NCBI GenBank assembly: GCA_965247895.1 | Contig: OZ252046.1 | Span: forward strand, 2,832,039 to 2,896,038 | Reading direction: 5' to 3' | Origin: Dehalococcoidia bacterium | GTDB lineage: Bacteria; Chloroflexota; Dehalococcoidia; UBA2979 | DNA: 64,000 nt | Shown here: positions 30,462 through 42,260 of the stretch, piece after piece | Layout of the letters: each line of letters begins with the position of its first letter | How positions within the stretch are numbered: the stretch's first letter is position 1 | Notes under the pieces: generated by a model | Database searches by the model: none | Seen by the model: only the letters and a program-made list of their open reading frames with translations | What the model was told of the DNA's origin: nothing | Program-made: the position numbers and the translations under genes

Positions 30462-31658
30462 TCAGCTCGGGGAGGTGCCGGCGCTCTGGATCTGCAACGT
30501 GATCTGCGTGTAGTCCTCGTCCTCCTCGAAGGTGTCGAAGGAGACCGAGCCCTGCAGTGAGCCGTCTTCCGAGGCGAATTCGAGCACCGTCGCGAACCCG
30601 ACCGCCTGGTCGCTGGTGATCTCCCAGCCCTGCGCCTCGATGCGTTCGCGGTAGAGCTCGGTCGCCTCGAACGACGAGCCGGGAGTGAGCACGGTCAACT
30701 GGTATCCCGTGGCGCCGGGCTGGCTGCTCCAGAACAGCTCCACCACCGTCTGGTCGCCCTCGAGCAGGAACGCGGCCGGGAACCCGTCGGGCAGCGGCCG
30801 TCCCTCTTGCGGGAACGCGAACGGCGGATCGTCCGCCGGGATCGCGGGCTGGGCCTGGATCAGGTAGATGACCGTCGAGACGGGGCCGGACTGGACCGCG
30901 TTTGCCGCGTCTGCGTCCGCCGTACTGTCCGCTTCGGCCTCGCCGCTCGTTGCGTCTGGATCCGGCGTGCGCGGCAGGATCCAGACGAAGCCGCTGATGT
31001 CGGCGCTGATCGTGTTCTGGTACTGGAAGAAGCCCAGGTCTTCCCTCGATCGCCCGCCCGTCACCTGCCACGGCGACTGATCGAGCTGCTCGCTGACGAG
31101 GAACTCCGCGTCGACCTGCGGCCCCGGGATGTCGTAGACGATGAAGAAGGCAAGCTCGCCACTGATCCGCCTCGTGAGCACCGATCCGAGGAGCATGCCC
31201 TCGGGATGCACCGGCAGCGCAACCGGCATGTCGATGAACAGGTCATCGGCCGTGGCGGCGGGATCTTCGGAAGCGGCGATGCTGGCGGCGAAGCGCGCGA
31301 AGGCGTCCGCGCGGTCACTCTCCCAGAGCGCGCTGAACTCCTCGGGCGTCATGTCCGCGAGCTCGGCGATCGAGGTGAGCCGCTCGTCGGCGGACTCGAC
31401 GGCGCTTGAGATCGTGGTGACGGCTGTGGGGTTCAGGGCGAGTTGCAGTCCGGGGACGATCCCGGCGGACCGCGATTCGACGACCGTGCCGAGCGGCTCG
31501 CCGACGCTCATCAGCCGCGCGGCAACGGCGGCCCCCGCCGCCGCGTCCGCCTCGGCCGAGGCTGTCTCGACGGATTCTTCGCCGCCCCCGCAGGCCGCGA
31601 TCGAGGCCGCGAGCAGGAGGGCGAGCACGGCTGCGCCGACAGCGAGCGCTGATCGCAT
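30462..31658 (-). CDS. Acidic lipoprotein of unknown function
   Basis: MRSALAVGAAVLALLLAASIAAC lipobox; LPDGFPAAF...YRERIEAQGWEI repeat-like domain. Confidence 0.75.
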   Translation of the reverse strand: MRSALAVGAAVLALLLAASIAACGGGEESVETASAEADAAAGAAVAARLMSVGEPLGTVVESRSAGIVPGLQLALNPTAVTTISSAVESADERLTSIAELADMTPEEFSALWESDRADAFARFAASIAASEDPAATADDLFIDMPVALPVHPEGMLLGSVLTRRISGELAFFIVYDIPGPQVDAEFLVSEQLDQSPWQVTGGRSREDLGFFQYQNTISADISGFVWILPRTPDPDATSGEAEADSTADADAANAVQSGPVSTVIYLIQAQPAIPADDPPFAFPQEGRPLPDGFPAAFLLEGDQTVVELFWSSQPGATGYQLTVLTPGSSFEATELYRERIEAQGWEITSDQAVGFATVLEFASEDGSLQGSVSFDTFEEDEDYTQITLQIQSAGTSPS

Positions 31659-31717
31659 CAGGAGTCCTGTCCATCCGAGCGGGGCGCCTGTCGCCGCAAG
31701 CCGAGCAGTGCGATGGA

Positions 31718-31795
31718 TGGGGTGGGTGAGGGGATTTGAACCCCCGATCTCCAGGGCCACAACCTGGCGCCTTTGACCGCTAGGCGACACCCACC
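31718..31795 (-). tRNA. tRNA-His (GUG)
   Basis: G-1 + GTGGGTG/CACCCAC acceptor stem, CCAGG-TTGTGGC-CCTGG anticodon arm, GTTCAAATC T-loop, encoded CCA. Confidence 0.96.
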
Positions 31796-31894
31796 ACGCG
31801 GAGCCGCGGCCCCTGGGCCGCGCCCATCGAGTGTATCAGCGCGCCGCCCTCACCGGCGAGGACGCAGGACGCGGGCTGGAGGCCGCCGCGGAGG

Positions 31895-32398
31895 CTACTG
31901 CGGGGCGATCGCTCGGTACTTGCCGCGGAAAAAGAGCAGCGGGTCCGCGTCGGGGCGGACGATCTCGCAGCTGGCGACCTCGCCGACGAAGATCTTGTGG
32001 TCGCCGCCGTCGAGGATGCTGTGCGTGCGGCAGTCCAGCCAGGCGATGGAGCCCTCGAGCAGGGGCGATCCGAGGTCGCTCATGTGGTAGCCCGTGTCGC
32101 CCATCGGGTTGTCGGGCGGAGTCGTGCCGGCGAAGAAGTTGGAGACCGCCTCCTGGTCATCGGCCAGGACGTTGATGGCGAAGTTGCCCGCCTGGTCGAT
32201 CACCGGGTACGAGGTGGCCCTCAGGTCGACGCAGACGAGGAACAGCGTCGGCTCCAGCGAGAGCGCGGAGATCGCGTTCGCGGTGAGCCCTCGCGGGCCG
32301 TCGTCGCCGACCATCGTCACCACCGTGACGCCGGTCGCGAAGTTGCCGCAGACGTCGCGGAACATGCGGGTGTCGATGCCGGAGGAACTGGTAGTCAT
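31895..32398 (-). CDS. Flavin reductase family protein
   Basis: FATGVTVVT, GLTANA, SLEPTL, FAINVL, GGDHKIFVG. Confidence 0.93.
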   Translation of the reverse strand: MTTSSSGIDTRMFRDVCGNFATGVTVVTMVGDDGPRGLTANAISALSLEPTLFLVCVDLRATSYPVIDQAGNFAINVLADDQEAVSNFFAGTTPPDNPMGDTGYHMSDLGSPLLEGSIAWLDCRTHSILDGGDHKIFVGEVASCEIVRPDADPLLFFRGKYRAIAPQ

Positions 32399-32538
32399 GC
32401 TCGCATCCTCTCAAGCGCCTTGCCGCTGAGGCTCACGGGTCGCGCTGCTACACTGAGAGATACCGGACGCCGCCGCCGAGCGCCACCCCGGCGGGCGCGG
32501 CCGGAGTTCTCCACGACGCTCTCCGAATCGAGGCCGAG

Positions 32539-33012
32539 ATGTCGCCGAACCCCGCATTGCAATGTCCGCGAGACGGCGCCGAGCTGATTGTCGAGCACCT
32601 GCATGGCATCGAGGTCGACCACTGCGCGACCTGCAACGGACGCTGGCTCGACCACCACGAGCTCGACTACCTCGAGGCGACGAAGGCCGACGAGGCCGTG
32701 CGCCGTGGCACGATCCGCTATTCGGAGCGCGACTCCGATCTGTCCTGCCCCGTCTGCGACGAGCAGATGGCCGCCTTCAACTACCGCGCCTACGACCTGG
32801 AACTCGACACCTGCCGCAGCGAGCACGGCTTCTGGCTCGACGCCGGCGAGGAAGGCCGCGTTCGCGACATCATCGACGAGCGCGTGCGTGGCCTGAAGCG
32901 CTCCGCCTCCGCCGAGGCGGCGTGGGGCGACTTCCTCGACGGCCTCGGGGGGCGCGGCGGGGGAGGCGCCTGGGGCTCCGTGCGCCGCTTCTTCGGCGGC
33001 GGGCGGAGCTGA
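32539..33012 (+). CDS. Tandem TFIIB-type zinc-ribbon protein
   Basis: CPRD..VDHCATCNGRWLDHHEL and CPVC..LDTCRSEHGFWLDAGE. Confidence 0.85.
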   Translation: MSPNPALQCPRDGAELIVEHLHGIEVDHCATCNGRWLDHHELDYLEATKADEAVRRGTIRYSERDSDLSCPVCDEQMAAFNYRAYDLELDTCRSEHGFWLDAGEEGRVRDIIDERVRGLKRSASAEAAWGDFLDGLGGRGGGGAWGSVRRFFGGGRS

Positions 33013-33080
33013 CGCGCTTCGCCCGGCTGTCCCGGCCCCGCGCGGCCCGCTGCGTACAATCGCCGCATGAGGCCGCCCGC

Positions 33081-34452
33081 ATGACCACCGAGGCTGCCGA
33101 CCGCGCACCGACGTTCGACCCTGTCGCGGCGATGTCGCTGCGCATCGAGGCCGGGGACCAGCTCGGCGCGCTCACGCTCGCCCGCGAGCTGCACCCCGCG
33201 CAGCTCGCGGACGCCTTCGCCGGCATCGATCACGAGGTCAGCGATCTGCTGGTGCAGCGCCTGGCGCCCCGGGAGCTGGGCGCTGCGCTCGCCTACCTGG
33301 AGCCGCACTACCGCGAGGACCTGCTCGTCGGGCTCGCGCCGGAGCGCATCGCGCAGGTCATGGAGGTCGTCGCCGACGACGTGGCGACGGACATCGTCCA
33401 GGACCTGCCGGAGGAGATCGGCAGCCAGGTGCTGGCCGCCCTCTCGCTCCGCCAGCAGCACGCGATCAGCCACCTCATGGCGCACGACGAGGAGAGCGCC
33501 GGCGGTCGCATGACGGGCCAGCGCATCGCGATGCCGCCCGGCCGCCTCGCCGGCGAGGTGATCGACGACCTGCGCTCGATCCGGCCCGACGCGACGCAGC
33601 CGTTCTACATCTACGTCACCGACGACGACGGCCGCCTCGAGGGCGTCGTCAACCTGCGCTCGTTGCTGATCGCGCCGGCGCAGACGCCGATCGCCGAACT
33701 CACCCTCCGCGACGATGTCGTGTCCGTGAACGCCTCCACCGACCAGGAGGAGGCGGCGCGCCTGCTCAAGCGCTACAAGCTGCTCTCCTTGCCCGTCGTC
33801 GACGACGACGGACACTTGATCGGCGCGCTGACCGCCGACGATCTGATCGACGTGCTTGAGGACGAGGCGACCGAGGACATGTTCCGGCAGGTCGGCGTCC
33901 ACGAGGACGAAGACCTGCGCTCGATCGTCCGCTCGGTGCGGTTTCGGCTGCCGTGGCTGATGGTCAACCTCGTCACGGTGCTGCTGGTGGGGTTCGTGGG
34001 CGCGCTGTTCGAGAGCACGGTTGCGCGTGTCGCGGTCCTCGCCGCCTTCCTGCCGGTGGTGGCGGGACAGGGCGGGAACGCCGGCATCCAGACGCTCACG
34101 GGTCGTGATCCGCTCGCTCGCCGTCGGCCGCCTGCGCGGACGCGACCTCTGGCGGGGAGTGCTGCACGAGGCGGCAACGGGGTTGCTCAACGGCCTGGTG
34201 GTCGGCGTGGCGGTCGGGCTGGTCGCCTGGCTCTGGCAGGGCAACGCGGCGCTCGGCCTGATCGTCGGCCTGGCGCTCGCCGCCAACATGCTCGTCGGCG
34301 TCATCGCCGGGGTGCTGATCCCGATGGGCCTGCAGCGCTTCCGCTCGGACCCCGCCCTCTCGGCGGGGATCTGGCTCACCACGGCCACCGACGTGCTCGG
34401 CTTCGCTGTCTTCCTCACCCTCGCCGCGCTCTTCGTGAGCGCGATCGACTGA
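33081..34452 (+). CDS. mgtE: Magnesium transporter MgtE with a frameshift at 34100-34102 (one extra G)
   Basis: ESAGGRMT, CBS pair, EATEDM, RLPWL, GQGGNAGIQT, then VIRSLA...DPALSAG..TTATDV in the next frame. Confidence 0.9.
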
Positions 34453-34461
34453 GGGCGGCGC

Positions 34462-35034
34462 TCAGACCTCGAGGTGGCGGAAGCAGCTCGTGACGTGGTC
34501 GTTCACGAGGCCTGCCGCCTGCATGTAGGCGTAGCAGATCGTCGGGCCCACGAAGTTGAACCCGCGCGAGCGCAGATCGCGGCTGAGCGCCCTCGACTCT
34601 TCCGTCTGCGCGGGAATGTCCGAGAGCGACTCGAAGGCGTTACGCCTCGGCGACGCGCCGACGAAGGCCCAGACGTACTCGTCGAACGAGCCGTGCGCTG
34701 ACTGCACCTCGAGGAAGGCCGCGGCGTTGCGCACCGCGGAGGCGATCTTTGCCCGGTTGCGGATGATCCCGGGGTAGCGGAGCAGACGCTCGCGGTCCTC
34801 ATCGCCGAAGCGAGCGACCTCCCTGGGATCAAAGCCGGCGAAGGCGGCGCGGTAGCCCTCGCGCCGCACGAGCACTGTGCGCCAGCTCAACCCCGCCTGC
34901 GCGCCCTCGAGGATCAGCAACTCGAAGTGCGTGCGGTCGTCGTGGACGGGCACGCCCCACTCGCGGTCGTGGTACTCGTGCATCAGCGCATCGCCGCCCG
35001 CGGCCCACTCGCAGCGGGCAGGGCCGTCGCTCAC
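34462..35034 (-). CDS. tag: DNA-3-methyladenine glycosylase I
   Basis: RCEWA, YHDREWGVP, EGAQAGLSW, IIRNRAKI, FVGPTICYAYMQAAGLVNDH; GTG start overlaps the upstream TGA. Confidence 0.95.
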   Translation of the reverse strand: MSDGPARCEWAAGGDALMHEYHDREWGVPVHDDRTHFELLILEGAQAGLSWRTVLVRREGYRAAFAGFDPREVARFGDEDRERLLRYPGIIRNRAKIASAVRNAAAFLEVQSAHGSFDEYVWAFVGASPRRNAFESLSDIPAQTEESRALSRDLRSRGFNFVGPTICYAYMQAAGLVNDHVTSCFRHLEV

Positions 35035-36281
35035 GCGCCGCCCCGGCCTCCCGCCCCGGCGATCAGCGGCGCGGCCTCGTAGCTGCCGTCGCCGCGGGCC
35101 GCCTCGAGGGCGGAGAGCAGCCGCGCCAGCGTCTCGTAGCCGACCTCGCGTCCCCACGTCACCGGGCCGCGCGGGTAGTTCGTCGCGTGCTGCATCGCGG
35201 CGTCGATGTCCTCGCCGCTGGCCGCTCCGTCGCCGAGGGCGCGCGCGGCCTCGTTCATCACCGTGCCGAGCATCCGCGCAAAGGCGAAGCGCTCCTCCGC
35301 GCTCGCCTCAGCGAGCTGCTCCGGGTCGCACAGCGCGGCAGCCTCGACGAAGGCGTCGACGGCTGCCGCGAGGTCGGCCGACAGCGCCAGCGGTGAGGCC
35401 TCGACGGCCACGTTGGCCGTCGGCGGGTCGCTGCCGTAGTCGTAGACGCCGCTGCCGGTCTTGCGGCCCAGATCGCCGCGCTCGGCGAGTCCGGCCTGCA
35501 CGCGCGGCGGCTCGAAGCGCGCCGGCCGGCCGGTGCGCTCCCAGACGGAGATCGTGACCGCGTGGTTGACCTCCTGGCCGACGAGGTCGGCGACCTGCAT
35601 CGGCCCCATCCGGAACTGGCCCAGCTTGCGCATCGCGCCGTCGATCGTGTCGGGCCCCGCGACGCCCTCGTCGAGCATCCGGAAGGCCTCGACGTATGAG
35701 CTGCGGGCGACGCGGTTGACGATGAAGCCCGGCGCGTCCGCGGTCCGGGCGGGGACCTTGCCCCAGGCGCTCGCGGTCTCCGCCACCAGCTCGGCGGCGG
35801 CCTCGCTCGTCGCCTCGGGGGCGACGACCTCGACCAGCGCCATCACCGGCGCGGGGTTGAAGAAGTGCATCCCGACCACGCGCGAGGGGTTGCGCAGCGG
35901 GCTCGCGATCTCACCGACGGAGAGCGACGAGGTGTTGGTCGCCAGCACGGCGTCCGCCGGAGCGGCGGCGTCGAGCTGCCGGAATAGCTCCTGCTTCACG
36001 CCGAGGTCCTCGACGACCGCCTCGACGACGAGTTCGACGCCCTCGAGGTCGTCGAGGGAGCCCTCGATGAGGCGTCCGATGACGGCGGCGTGCTCCTCCT
36101 CGGACATCGTGCCGCGGTCGACCTGGCGCTGGAGCCGCGCCGCGACGGACTCGCGGGCGCGCTCGACCGCGCCGGGCTGGGTGTCGATCAGCCGCACGGT
36201 GCAGCCGTGCGTGATCGCCACCTGGGCGATGCCGGCGCCCATCGTGCCCGCGCCGAGGATTGCGACCTGTTCGACCGCCAT
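35031..36281 (-). CDS. 3-hydroxyacyl-CoA dehydrogenase (PaaH-like)
   Basis: GAGTMGAGIA, EAVVE, TNTSSL, GMHFFNP, PGFIVNR. Confidence 0.93.
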   Translation of the reverse strand: MAVEQVAILGAGTMGAGIAQVAITHGCTVRLIDTQPGAVERARESVAARLQRQVDRGTMSEEEHAAVIGRLIEGSLDDLEGVELVVEAVVEDLGVKQELFRQLDAAAPADAVLATNTSSLSVGEIASPLRNPSRVVGMHFFNPAPVMALVEVVAPEATSEAAAELVAETASAWGKVPARTADAPGFIVNRVARSSYVEAFRMLDEGVAGPDTIDGAMRKLGQFRMGPMQVADLVGQEVNHAVTISVWERTGRPARFEPPRVQAGLAERGDLGRKTGSGVYDYGSDPPTANVAVEASPLALSADLAAAVDAFVEAAALCDPEQLAEASAEERFAFARMLGTVMNEAARALGDGAASGEDIDAAMQHATNYPRGPVTWGREVGYETLARLLSALEAARGDGSYEAAPLIAGAGGRGGA

Positions 36282-36285
36282 CGTG

Positions 36286-37497
36286 CTAGCAGCGCTCGAT
36301 CACGGCGGCCATGCCCTGGCCGCCGCCGATGCACATCGTCTCGAGGCCGATCTCCGCGTCGCCGCGCTCCATCTCGTGCAGCAGCGTCGCCATGATGCGC
36401 ACGCCGGTCGCGCCGACGGGGTGGCCGATCGAGATGCCGGAGCCGTTGACGTTCATCCGGTCCCAGTCGGAGTCGCTCAACCCCCACGCGCGAGTGACGC
36501 CCAGCACCTGGGCCGCGAACGCCTCGTTCAGTTCGATCAGGTCGATGTCGCCGAAGTCCATGCCGAGCTGGTCGAAGGTCTTCTGCGCGGCGGGGACGGG
36601 GCCCAGGCCCATCAGCTTCGGCGCCACGCCGGCGACGGACCAGCCGCGCAGCTTGCCCATCGCCTTCAGGCCCAGCTCGGCGGCCCGCTCGGGCGTGGTC
36701 ACGATGCAGACGGCGGCGGCGTCGTTCTGGCCGCTCGCGTTGCCCGCCGTGACGGTCGACTCCGGGTCGTCCGCGGCGTAGACGGCGCGCAGCCGCGCCA
36801 GCGACTCCAGCGAGGTGTCGCGCCTCGGGTGCTCGTCCGTGTCGACGATCACCGGGTCGCCGCGGCGCTGGGGGACCGCGACCGGGACGATCTCGGCCGC
36901 GAAGCGGCCCTCGTCCTGCGCGGCGACGGCGCGCAGGTGCGAGCGCAGCGCGAGGGCGTCCTGCTCCTCGCGCGGGATGCCGTACTCGCGGCGCACGTTC
37001 TCGGCGGTCTCGATCATGCCGCCGGGCACCGGGTGGAGGATGCTGCCCGCGGTGATGCGCGCCCGCGCGAGGCGGTCGTGCAGCTCGATGCTGCCGTTGT
37101 TGGGGCCCCAGCGCGGGGCGCTCGAGTAGAACTCGACGGTGCTCATGCTCTCCGCGCCGCCCGCGAGGACGACGTCCGCGACGCCGGTCTGGACCTGCAT
37201 CGCGGCGTAGCAGATCGCCTGCAGGCCGGAGCCGCAGCGGCGGTCGATCTGCAGCCCCGGCGTCTCGACGGGCAGCCCCGCGTGCAGCGCCGCCACGCGG
37301 CCTACCGCGGGCGCCTCGCCGCTCGGGTAGCACTGCCCGAAGACGACGTCGTCGATCTCGGTGGGATCGAGCTGGGTGCGTTCGAGCAGCGCCTCGATGA
37401 CGGTGGCGGCCAGCGCCGTCACGGTGATGTCGCGGAAGACGCCGCCATAGCGCCCCACGGGGGTGCGCAGCGGGTTACAGATCACGGCCTCGCGCAT
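36286..37497 (-). CDS. Acetyl-CoA C-acyltransferase (thiolase)
   Basis: RRCGSG, NEAFA, GHPVGATG, CIGGGQG. Confidence 0.95.
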   Translation of the reverse strand: MREAVICNPLRTPVGRYGGVFRDITVTALAATVIEALLERTQLDPTEIDDVVFGQCYPSGEAPAVGRVAALHAGLPVETPGLQIDRRCGSGLQAICYAAMQVQTGVADVVLAGGAESMSTVEFYSSAPRWGPNNGSIELHDRLARARITAGSILHPVPGGMIETAENVRREYGIPREEQDALALRSHLRAVAAQDEGRFAAEIVPVAVPQRRGDPVIVDTDEHPRRDTSLESLARLRAVYAADDPESTVTAGNASGQNDAAAVCIVTTPERAAELGLKAMGKLRGWSVAGVAPKLMGLGPVPAAQKTFDQLGMDFGDIDLIELNEAFAAQVLGVTRAWGLSDSDWDRMNVNGSGISIGHPVGATGVRIMATLLHEMERGDAEIGLETMCIGGGQGMAAVIERC

Positions 37498-37604
37498 ACG
37501 CTTGCTCCTCTACCGGCCCGGGCGCGCGGACTTCCTCGCCGCGCCGCCGCCGCCATGGTAGCGGGCGACGGGCGAACGAGGGCCGGTGGCCTCGGGCTGC
37601 CTGC

Positions 37605-38015
37605 TCAACTCGCCGAGATCTGCTCCGCGTGCTCCTGCAGGTGCGTGAAGACCATGCTCATCCCGCGCTCGCCGTCCATCCCCGGTCGCAGCTCGCGCTC
37701 CAGGTGCTCCGCCGTCACGCCCGCCCAGAGGGCGTCCGCGTGCGCGCTCGATGCGGCGAACGCCTCGATTGCCTCGGCGGCGCTGGAGAGCGACGGGTCG
37801 CTGCGCTCGGTGCTCGCCTCCCCGCCGCCGGCGAGGCTCACGGCCCAGTTGGCGAAGGCGTAGTCCACGCCGATCGTGTGCTCCGCGGTCTGGCGGCGCG
37901 TCCACTCGTCGCCCTCGGGCTGTTCGTCCCAGCCCTCGGTGGCGCCTTCGAGGGCGGCCCGGAAGGCCGCTCGCCCCTCAGCGATCTGTTCACGCAGTTC
38001 GTCCGGTGTCGCCAT
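37605..38015 (-). CDS. DinB-superfamily protein
   Basis: EWTRRQTAEH and HLQEHAEQI metal-binding His pattern. Confidence 0.8.
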   Translation of the reverse strand: MATPDELREQIAEGRAAFRAALEGATEGWDEQPEGDEWTRRQTAEHTIGVDYAFANWAVSLAGGGEASTERSDPSLSSAAEAIEAFAASSAHADALWAGVTAEHLERELRPGMDGERGMSMVFTHLQEHAEQISAS

Positions 38016-38068
38016 CGGTCACCCCCTCGCACGCGGCGTGCCGCCGCCGTGCGGCCACAGTGTAGCGG

Positions 38069-38841
38069 CTAGCGCGAGGGCGCCCAGCGGAAGCGGCGCG
38101 CGGCCACGACCGCGCCCGCCAGACCCCACGCGGCGATCACCGCGAGGTCCCCGAGCCGTAAGCCGGAGCCATCCTCGAACGGGTTGAACGCCGCCTGGAG
38201 CGCGATCGAGAGGTGCTTGACGGGAAAGATGTCGCCGGCGAGGCCGAGCCAGGCCGGCGCGTTCTCGCGCAGCGGGATGAAGACGTCCGAGATGAACAGC
38301 AGCGGCAGGATGATCGCGTTGACGACGGCCGGCGCGGCCTCGGCGTTGGGGATGAACGCGGTCGTGGCGAGGCCGAGCGCCGCGAAGGCAGCCGCGCCCA
38401 CCACGAGCGAGAGCAGGAAGGCCGGCATCGTGCCGCTCGGCACGTCGACGCCGTAGAAGAGCAGGCCGAATGCGGTGACGACGATGACCAGCAGGATCGC
38501 GATCAGCGTCATGAAGAGCACCTTCGCGCCGAGGTACGCAGCCCTCGGCAGCGGCGTGCCGGCCACGCGCTTCAACTGCCCCTGGTCGCGCGCGAACGCG
38601 ATCGACATCGCGAGGCCGGTGTAGCAGGCGTTGATCACGCTGAACGCTGCGATAGTGGGGATGTAGAACGTCGATGTGTTCGTCCGGCCGCCCTCGATGT
38701 CGATCGGCTCGTTGCCGAAGATCACGTTGAAGATCACGAGGAAGATCAGCGGGAAGAAGAAGGTGAAGAAGGCCGCGGCCGGGTTCCGCGTGAACGCCAG
38801 CCGCTCGTAGCGGAGCTGGCGGATCAGTAGCCGCGCGGTCG

Positions 38842-38845
<4 letters not shown>
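38069..38845 (-). CDS. ABC-2 type exporter permease
   Basis: RNPAAAFFTFFFP, RDQGQLKRVAGTPL, FPVKH. Confidence 0.9.
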
Positions 38846-39774
<929 letters not shown>

Positions 39775-39787
39775 GCACCGAGTCTAG

Positions 39788-41079
39788 CAGGGTGATGAAA
39801 AAGGGGCGGTCGTCTGGCAGGATAGGACTGGCGGCGGGGGCATAGCCTGGAGGCTGCCCCATGCGAGGCGATGCTGAGCGTCAGACCAACATGTTGCTGG
39901 CGGTGACGCCGGACTCCTTCATCCCAGACGACCACCCGATCCGCCGCATCAAGCCGATCGTCGATTCCGCGCTGCAGCGGCTCTCGCCGCTGTTCGGCAC
40001 GATGTACAGCAAGCACGGCCGGCCCTCGATCCCGCCCGAGCACTTGCTCAAGGCGAGTCTGCTGATCGCGCTCTACTCGATCCGTAGCGAGCGCCAGTTC
40101 TGCGAGCGGCTGCGCTACGACCTGCTGTTCAAGTGGTTCCTCGACCTCAACATCTCAGACGAGCCGTTCGACGCCTCCAGCTTCTCGAAGAACCGCGAGC
40201 GCCTGCTCGCTGCCGATGTCGCGCGCGCCTTCTTCGCCGAGGTGGTGGCCGAGGCGAAGCGGCGCCGGCTGCTCTCCGCCGAGCACTTCACGGTGGATGG
40301 GACGCTGCTGGAGGCCTGGGCCTCGCTCAAGAGCTACCGCCCGCGCGACGAGCAGGAGCCACCCCCGGGCGGACGCAACCCGGATGTCGACTTCCGGGGG
40401 CGGCGGCGCAGCCGCGATACGCATAGTTCCGGCACCGACCCGCAGGCGCGGCTGTACACGAAGGGGTCGGGGCAGACGGCGAAACTGAGCTACATGGGGC
40501 ACCTGCTCACCGAGAACCGTCACGGCCTGGTGCTGGACGTGGAGCTGACCGAGGCGAACGGGTACGCCGAGCGCGAGGCGGCGGTCACGATGCTGGAGCG
40601 CAGCGTGAGCGGCTGCGGGACGCTGGGCGCCGACCGCGGCTACGACACGCGCGACTTCGTGGCGGCGCTGCGCGCTCGCGGCGTGACGCCGCACGTGGCG
40701 CAGCACGACCGCCGCCGCCGCAGCGCCGTGGACGGGCGCACCACGCGGCATCGCGGCTACAGGCAGAGTCAGAAGCGACGCAAGATCGTGGAGCAGGTCT
40801 TCGGCTGGCTGAAGACCGTGGGCGGCGGGCGCAAGCTGCGTTTCGTGGGCCGCGAGCGCAACCGCGGCTGGCTGGAGCTCACCGCTGCCGCCTACAACCT
40901 GGTGCGCATGGCCACGCTTGAGACCGCCGCGGCGTAGGCGCAGTGCGCCCTCCGCCCCGCCAGGGAGCCCTCAGAGGCGCCCGGGGGCAGGTCAGGAGGC
41001 CACGATCACGAACCCGGAGGCCGCTTCAAGCAGCCCGGCACCGCTCCAAACCCCCGGAAGGCGTTTCTTCAGCACCCTG
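39788..41079 (+). mobile_element. IS5-family insertion sequence, copy 2
   Basis: Same IRs as copy 1; CTAG at 39784-39787 and 41080-41083; 1 bp shorter than copy 1. Confidence 0.93.
39861..40937 (+). CDS. IS5-family transposase
   Basis: Translation identical to 22333..23409. Confidence 0.93.
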   Translation: MRGDAERQTNMLLAVTPDSFIPDDHPIRRIKPIVDSALQRLSPLFGTMYSKHGRPSIPPEHLLKASLLIALYSIRSERQFCERLRYDLLFKWFLDLNISDEPFDASSFSKNRERLLAADVARAFFAEVVAEAKRRRLLSAEHFTVDGTLLEAWASLKSYRPRDEQEPPPGGRNPDVDFRGRRRSRDTHSSGTDPQARLYTKGSGQTAKLSYMGHLLTENRHGLVLDVELTEANGYAEREAAVTMLERSVSGCGTLGADRGYDTRDFVAALRARGVTPHVAQHDRRRRSAVDGRTTRHRGYRQSQKRRKIVEQVFGWLKTVGGGRKLRFVGRERNRGWLELTAAAYNLVRMATLETAAA

Positions 41080-42174
41080 CTAGTGTCCTGAGTTGGGAAT
41101 GCGATTGAGATATCCGGTGAGGTTGTCGAAGATTTGGTCGGCGGTCTTGTGCCAGATGAAGGGGCGCGGGTGCTCGTTCCAGTCGGCGACCCAGGCCTCC
41201 ACTGCACGGATCAGGTCAGCGACGCCGTGATGAGTGCCGCGCCTGAGCCATTTGGTGGTGAGCTCCGCGAACCAGCGCTCCACGAGGTTCATCCAAGAGC
41301 TGTAGGTCGGGGTGAAATGAAACGTGAACCGGGGATGACGCCGGAGCCAGCGCTGGATCTCCGGGGTGCGGTGCGTGGCGACGTTGTCCAACACGACATG
41401 CACCGCGAGTTCGTCGGGCACGCTGCGGTCGATGAGGGTGAGGAACTGCTTGAACTCCCGGGCACGGTGTCGCGGGGTCATGTCCGCGATCACGTGGCCC
41501 GAGGCGACGTCAAGCGCCGCGTAGAGATTGGTGGTGCCGTGACGGACGTAGTCGTGGGTCTGGCGTCGCGGAACGCTCGGCATCATCGGCAGCATCGGGG
41601 CGGTGCGGTCGAGTGCCTGGATCTGGGTCTTCTCGTCAACACACAAGACGACCGCTGCCTCCGGTGGGTTGAGATAGAGTCCAGCCACGTCGCGCACCTT
41701 GTCGATGAATTGCGGGTCCGGCGACAGCTTGAAGTGCTCCACGAGGTGTGGCTTGAGGCCAAAGGCGCGCCAGATCTTGGAGATCGCCGTCTGCGACATC
41801 CCCACCGCGGCGGCCATCGATCTGGTCGACCACTGCGTCGCGTTGTGCGGTTGTTCTTCCAGTGTCTTGACGATCACCGCTTCAATCTGGGCGTCGCTGA
41901 TCGTGCGCGGTGCACCGGGGCGCGGCTCATCGCTCAGTCCATCGAGCCGCCGCTGCGCAAAGCGTCTGCGCCATTTGCCCGCGGTCACCGGATGGCAACC
42001 AAGCGCCGCGGCGATCTCGGTATTCGGGGTCCCTTCTGCCGCAGCGAGCACGATCCGGCAGCGCAGCGCCAACGCCTGAGCCGATGTCGGTCGGCGCGCC
42101 CACCGTTCCAGCGTCTCACGCTCATCGTCGCTCAGTACAACCGCCACCGTCGGCCGGCCAAGTCGGGTACTCAT
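41080..42174 (-). CDS. IS630-family transposase
   Basis: Differs from copies 1 and 2 at two residues (AVHVV vs AVDVV; HGVAD vs HGAAD). Confidence 0.95.
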   Translation of the reverse strand: MSTRLGRPTVAVVLSDDERETLERWARRPTSAQALALRCRIVLAAAEGTPNTEIAAALGCHPVTAGKWRRRFAQRRLDGLSDEPRPGAPRTISDAQIEAVIVKTLEEQPHNATQWSTRSMAAAVGMSQTAISKIWRAFGLKPHLVEHFKLSPDPQFIDKVRDVAGLYLNPPEAAVVLCVDEKTQIQALDRTAPMLPMMPSVPRRQTHDYVRHGTTNLYAALDVASGHVIADMTPRHRAREFKQFLTLIDRSVPDELAVHVVLDNVATHRTPEIQRWLRRHPRFTFHFTPTYSSWMNLVERWFAELTTKWLRRGTHHGVADLIRAVEAWVADWNEHPRPFIWHKTADQIFDNLTGYLNRIPNSGH

Positions 42175-42260
42175 GACACTCCAGCGTCTGCCCCACACGG
42201 GCAACACCCCGCTGTACCAACATCATACCCGCTTGTTTATCGCATTCCCAACTCAGGACA
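41084..42260 (-). mobile_element. IS630-family insertion sequence, copy 3
   Basis: CTAG at 41080-41083 and 42261-42264; both ends read ATCGCATTCCCAACTCAGGACA. Confidence 0.95.

Noticed and set aside
30462-31718. Genomic island integrated at tRNA-His
   Set aside because: No duplicated tRNA 3' end or integrase seen downstream; composition is host-like.
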